A stretch of DNA of 64,000 bases, taken from positions 124,001 through 188,000 of the forward strand of contig JAPEUD010000044.1 of the NCBI GenBank assembly GCA_026026165.1. Reading direction: 5' to 3'. Numbering within the stretch: the stretch's first letter is position 1; every line of letters starts with the position of its first letter. Position numbers and translations under genes: made by a program. This stretch comes from Sarea resinae. Taxonomy: Eukaryota. This document shows positions 58,543 through 64,000 of this stretch, one piece after another. The notes under the pieces were generated by a model that was not told the origin of the DNA, did not search any database, and was given only the letters and a program-made list of their open reading frames with translations.

Positions 58543-61500
58543 GATGGCGATCTGAGATGATAATGGATCGAGAGAGAATATGTAGCTCGCAGGAATGGTG
58601 ATAGGTAGGCACTCGCAAAGAGCGTGGTTCCGCACGGGTCACGTCGGAGAAAGAAAGGACTGTGGCAATTGAGCATGTAATCAGCGAGACGGCTCCCAAG
58701 GCGCAGGTCAGAGCAAGGTGAATTCGATCCGGGATTGGTGAATGTGCACTTGGTACCGGACTGGAGGAGCCAGTCAAGTTACGAGAGGAGTTGCGAGATT
58801 CTGGTGCAATTTTGCCGAGGAAGGATCCGATACGCCGCAGGCGACGGAGAAAAAGACTTACACAGTGAGCTGAGAGTAGCAAGAGAGCCGGACGAGAGCA
58901 GGATCAAGCTCTGTCCTCTGCGATGCTCTTGGAAGGATCAAGGGAGGGAATGGAGGAGAGAAGAGGTGGGTTCGATCGGTGAGGTAGGTGAGGTAGGTGA
59001 GAGAGCGTGGTCGAGCGGTGATAGCAATTGTCTGGAGTCGTGCGAGGACGAGAGAGGAGAGAGAGAATCTCGAGTTTTGGTTTGTGGGCCCTGCACTACC
59101 AAAAAGTCAAGAAAAGGGAGATTTGATGGGCAGAACGGGCAGAACGGTTCGCGAGCTACTTCTAGGCTGCTGCTAGCAGGACGGGGGAAGGACGACCCCG
59201 GCTCAAATTACTTTTCTCCGAGCGTAATCTGCCACTCTCTCTGCCCGTCCACCAGCCTGCCAGCCTGCCAGCCTGCCCGCCCGCGCCATACTCGACCACC
59301 CCAAGGTCTGCTCAGAAGAGGCATGAAATAACGATCATCTACTCTCCTCCATTTCTACCTCTGCATGACCATGGTCGTGATGCAGATACATGGCGATACT
59401 TTGTCGATGAATGATTCACTGCTTACGAGGTCACATTGAATGGGATATACCGGCCATGGTCGAATCCACGGAGTACAGCGTACTGGCTGGCTTCAGGGGG
59501 GGAGCCGTCCTTCGGTCTTCAATTGGGAGCAGGACTGACTGGGCACCACCTCCAGGGCTTTCAGGGTTCTTAGGATGTCTGTTGATGCGGCGCGCGTGGT
59601 ATCCGGTGGTACTGCTTAGGTACCGAGAGACGATGTCTCCGTACCTGGTCAGTGGAGAGATACCTCAAGAGGACTCCCGGCTACAGCACGGACGAGGCTT
59701 GAGCCGAAGCGGGCCTCAAGTAGTCAAGCCATCCGAGTCGTCTCTCGCTCTCGCCTTCTCTCTCTCCACAGTCTCTCTCCCTATCACACCGCAGCAGTAT
59801 GTCAATTGCTGAGGACTGCTCTATCTGGATTTCTTGTACATCGATAAGCAGGTACCTGCCTCTCCTCCATCTCGAGGATCCTCGGGACTGCCATGAGACC
59901 GGTCAGTATTCGAGTCCGAGGTCAAGAGGCATTATTATGCCATGTCCAAGTTCCATGCGATGCCTCAACCCCCTAAAGGGGAAGCTCAGATCCATCTCCG
60001 CACCGCTGTCGCGAATGCTCCCGCACTACTTTATCAAGTACCGAGTACTTTGTGATTGGTGCGAGGGGTGTCAGTATTGAGTACTGAGTACTCGGTACAG
60101 AATACCTCCACCCTGAGTGACTTAAAGTCGTGCCCACTCATGCGGTTTGGTGCAGCCGGCGGCTCTCCAGGCCTCTTCTGCCTTCTCTAACGGCGTCTCT
60201 CCAAGGCTCCACTTGGGTGATCCCACTTACTAAGACGCCAATCGGGCTCCTCCATCCATGTAACGCAACACTTTCGACCCGCGGCAGCACCAAGTTCGTA
60301 TTGTGTACGGAGTAGTCAGCCAGCCAGCCAGCCATGCACACCCAGGACACATTCCATTCTTGATCGTGTCTTGGTGCTCTCTTGGTGCTCTCTTGGTCAC
60401 TGGGCCGTCTCGACGCTTATGGGAGATCGATGAAGCGATCTTCATATCGTTTCACTCAGTTGCAATGGCTTGCTCCATGTAGCACCCCATACCGCCGTGG
60501 TCTGCCGTGGTCTCGACGTAGCGATCATATAGACAACATGAGGAAATGAGTGCGCATAGTCGACTCGAAAGAGTACGCGACTTCCATTAGCTTAGTCCAG
60601 TCCCAGGTGGTGGAGCCATGCTATCCATGTGCGCCGTCCAAACCGAATCGTGGAGTAAATTCACATCCAGGAAGTACCCAAGACTTGTCCCGGGCGCAAG
60701 CCGTGATCACACCTGGCATGGGGGATTCGATGTATGCGGTACGAATACGATCATCTCATTACGGCATTGGTGTCAACCGCATTGATAAGACGGGGCGGCA
60801 CAACTCGCGTTCCTCCGGCGCAGAGCAGAACACAACAGATCAGAGCAGAGCAGAGAACAGCAAGAGTCGTAGTCGTCGAGCATCGTATGGATCCGGACGC
60901 ACACACCACGCACATCACCATACCTTACCTACCTACCTTACCTACTCGACGGCTTTACCCCGCCACACCACAACCCGCCCACAGCAGTCGCACACAACGG
61001 CAACTCGGCCGCGAGCAGTTCTCCCATCCACCAATCTCGATAACGCAGCAGCGCCAGAGTACCAGCTACCACCAATGACAATATCACGTATATTCATCCT
61101 CCTCACGCCTCTTCGTGATCATGCAGATCATCAATCATCAGACGAGCCATGCCTGCCTGCATGCATGCATCATTGATGCATCCATCCATCCATCGAGCTC
61201 GCTTCTCCCCACGCCGAGACAAGACTGACGCAGATGACGAGCAGGCCGGCCGCCGACGATGAGAAGGCGTGGCCGAGCATCTGGTGGTGAGAAGCACGAT
61301 TAGACGAGACGGAAAGAAAAGAAAAGAAAGACGTCGCTCATGCAAGGTGCCACCGATTCGACATGACCGATTGCTGGACTTGTATTCCTGCATCGCCCTT
61401 GAGCACCAGCTGCACGGACGCGAGCTCTCTTTCTGCACTTTGCTCTGCCGCCATGCCGCTGCTGCTGCACCGTGCACCCACGCGCTGACGCTTGTCTGAC

Positions 61501-62522
61501 TCTCGGACTACTCCATACGACCACGACTCCCGATGAGCGATCGAGCAGTGCTCTAGTGCTAGGGGAGCGGAGACGACTCCGAGATGTCGCAGCTCGAGGT
61601 CCTATTCTTATCTTTGGTCTTTGCGACCAGCCGTGTAGAGTAAGGTAGCCACACAAACACTGCCGTCGTGATGATCCATCAGTCAGCATCACAGGAGAGA
61701 AGGAACATACGAAGCTTCAGGTGCCGGCATCAAGCCAGGCCCGGCATGACAAGATCTGTTCGTGCGCAGCAGCCGCCCTACTACTACTGCTTCTTCTTCA
61801 CTTCCTTTGATCGTCTTCCTCACATCTGCGCCTTCTTTCCCCATCCTCGTTCGCTGCCCTTTTCTAGCCAATTCATATAACCAAACGAAACAGATGCTAA
61901 ATTTCAAAATCTATCTTCTACGAAATGCGCACCGCGTGAACTGCGAATGGCGAATCGCGCAACGCGTGGAACATATGGGGGCACCGACGTCATAAATCCA
62001 TGGAAATGGTACAACAAGAGAGATAGGTAGTAGTATTACATTCACATGGGAAGCTGGAAAGGATTGATGGATTGCATATGAAATGTACCTTGTACATGGA
62101 CATAACATCGTGCCGCACAGCTTACCCACGCAGTCGTTACATTAACGTTGCATTAGCATTATATCGACATTGCGTTTCAAGGCATGGCGTAGCATTGCGT
62201 GGTGTATGAATGCAAAGGATGTGGTATCGAACAGAAAGGCAGAAGAACAGACCAAAAGCGCTGAAAATCCATGTGACGCCCATCCTATACCTATTCCACA
62301 TCCTCTTCCGAAGAACTGCCTGTACATACCAATGGTCGACGACCGCTACCGCTGAGGGAGCTGACAGTTTGAGAGGGTGATGCGATGTGTGACGTGATGA
62401 GAAAAGATGAGACGAAACAGCCAAACAATACACAATAGACGATAGGCAAGCCTAAAACACGATAGGACAGGACAAAACAGAACAGAACCAAAAGCAGGGC
62501 AGATCTAAGCCTGAGCCCAAGT

Positions 62523-63453
62523 CTAGCCCAACTTCTCAACACCGTTGAAGTCATTACAGGCCATCCATCGACTGCGGCTAAGTTCCCGCTCCTCGGTCAT
62601 CTCGTCATCGCCCTCATAATTAAACAAATCCGCGATTTTCTCATCGCCGTACACAGGGGGTTGCCAGTCCCCGGGCTCCTTCGACATCGTTGCCATTGCA
62701 GCACCCTTGCGATCATTGCAAGCCTCGATTCGCCAATCTTCCTCTTGGATCATCAACTTATTCCCATACTCGCGCACCTGCAATGCTAGCAGAAAATGCG
62801 CGAGGGTGGTAGCGACAGCGCTGACGAAGACCACGGCCTGGAGGATGGCGACAACGCGGTGGCAGCTGGGCTCGGAGACGGTCCAATTATTGCCATGGCC
62901 ATAGGGCGTGACGGGGACCGAGGCCGACGAGGTGGGCGATTGCGAGATGAAGCCCAGATTGGGGTCGCTGCAGAGGCTGTCGCGGAGGCCGGATAGCAGG
63001 GTAGCCGTTAGGAAACGTGGGATGAAGCAGAGGATTGTGTCGATGATCAGGTAGTTTGCGAAGATGGTGACGAGGAAGGCATGTTCCTAGGCTTGTGTCA
63101 GTGGTTTTTATGAGGAATTGGCTGTTTTGGATGCCAAGGGGAATTGCTTAGAAGCAGGATCGAATGAATATTGAAGGGTTACTAACTCTGATTGCACCGA
63201 TGAGGCCGAGGATGCTCAGCAGGCTGGCGAAATGCGAATACGCACAGAAGCTGAGGGCGAGGTGAAAAGAGTCATCGGGAAGGTGATGGAACAGGTAGGC
63301 CGAGAGAGTATTGTAGATGATGGCAACGGCACTGAGAGTGATGGTGATGGTGCTGTCGCGTTCAACGATTGCATCGTCAGCATGAGTCGCAAGCACCAAC
63401 AGATGGAATCATCCGGTCGTAGAGCAGACTTACCGATATTTGAGAGCTGCCAT
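62523..63453 (-). CDS. Uncharacterised four-TM membrane protein with PPxY motif; introns at 63353-63433 and 63087-63186
   Basis: MAALKYR/TITITLSAVAIIYNTLSAYLF...FASLLSILGLIGAIR/EHAFLVTIFANYLIIDTILCFIPRFL...VVAILQAVVFVSAVATTLAHFLLALQV...QPPVYGDEK. Confidence 0.8.
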
Positions 63454-63644
63454 GATGGACAGTTGGAAAATCAAAACAATTGCGTCGCTCGATGATGCAA
63501 ATGCTTGTGGCGCTGCGAGACCCTCGAGCTATGGATGCACGAGTGATGATGCTGGGATGCGGTGATTGGACACGCGATCACGATCCTGTCTCTTGGAGTG
63601 CTGGTGTACCTGTCAGGGCCCGCCTTGTCGGTCGGAAGGTGCGA

Positions 63645-63998
63645 TCACTCGGCGGCAGCGGTATCAACGGCAGCTGCTTCACCGTCGGCAGGAGCTTCTT
63701 TGTTGACTTCAGCAGCAGGTTCGGCGGCTGTCTCTTGTGTTGTTTCCTCTTCCTGCTCGGGGGGATGTTCAGAAGACTTTTCTCCTTCGTCTTCCTCGAC
63801 GGTAGGTGCTGGAGGCGGCGGAGGAGGATCGGCAGAGGACTCATGAGCAGCAGCATCAGCGTCATCAGGCGACGAAGGATCTGCCGCTGGGGCCGGATCT
63901 GGCTCTCCTCCAGCTCCTTCGTGTCCGTGCCCGTCAGCGTCTTGGTCAGCATCAGCAACGGCTGCGGCAGGCTCGGGCTCGGGCTCTGGCTCCTCTGG
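63645..63998 (-). CDS. 3' end of a gene running off the window; acidic Ala/Glu/Pro/Asp-rich C-terminus
   Basis: Open frame PEEPEPEPEPAAAVADADQD...EAAAVDTAAAE* with TGA at 63645-63647. It is absent from the ORF track because it has no start in the window. Confidence 0.7.
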   Translation of the reverse strand, partial: PEEPEPEPEPAAAVADADQDADGHGHEGAGGEPDPAPAADPSSPDDADAAAHESSADPPPPPPAPTVEEDEGEKSSEHPPEQEEETTQETAAEPAAEVNKEAPADGEAAAVDTAAAE

Positions 63999-64000
63999 AA

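Noticed and set aside
60550..61176. 208-aa ORF with GTG start
   Set aside because: Built from simple repeats (AGAGC, CTAC) with no protein-like features.
1..64000. CRISPR array, prophage, secondary-metabolite cluster or TGA-CTA readthrough signals
   Set aside because: No repeat-spacer array, viral genes, PKS or NRPS were seen, and the stop codons I checked lack the TGA-CTA context.

Overview
Eukaryotic, intron-containing DNA from a filamentous ascomycete (Pezizomycotina-type GT-AG introns of about 45-220 nt with CTRAC branch sites); the class or species cannot be fixed from the sequence alone. It is mostly a core-genome region with about 20 protein-coding genes and one intron-containing tRNA-Gly(GCC). 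Recognisable genes: VMA11, a class-II PKA catalytic subunit, an acyl-CoA synthetase, a PTK2/HAL-type kinase, SSK1, a membrane spermidine-synthase-like methyltransferase, a CCDC97-like protein, a WHI3-like RRM protein, a cyclin L-like protein, a Zn2Cys6 factor, YSA1, ATG3, ALG5 and ERG1. Six uncharacterised ORFs complete the set. I found no transposon, CRISPR array, rRNA or biosynthetic cluster, and I cannot demonstrate a new multi-gene system. The best leads are: (1) kilobase-scale ATG-depleted leaders, including a GCAU-rich leader on the WHI3 homologue that suggests autoregulation; (2) a 4-TM protein with a PPxY motif (possible Rsp5 adaptor); (3) a Kex2-type secreted peptide precursor; (4) a structured element overlapping two splice donors; (5) candidate sterol-response and E-box promoter modules. 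All exon structures and motif counts were read by hand and need RNA-seq or alignment confirmation.
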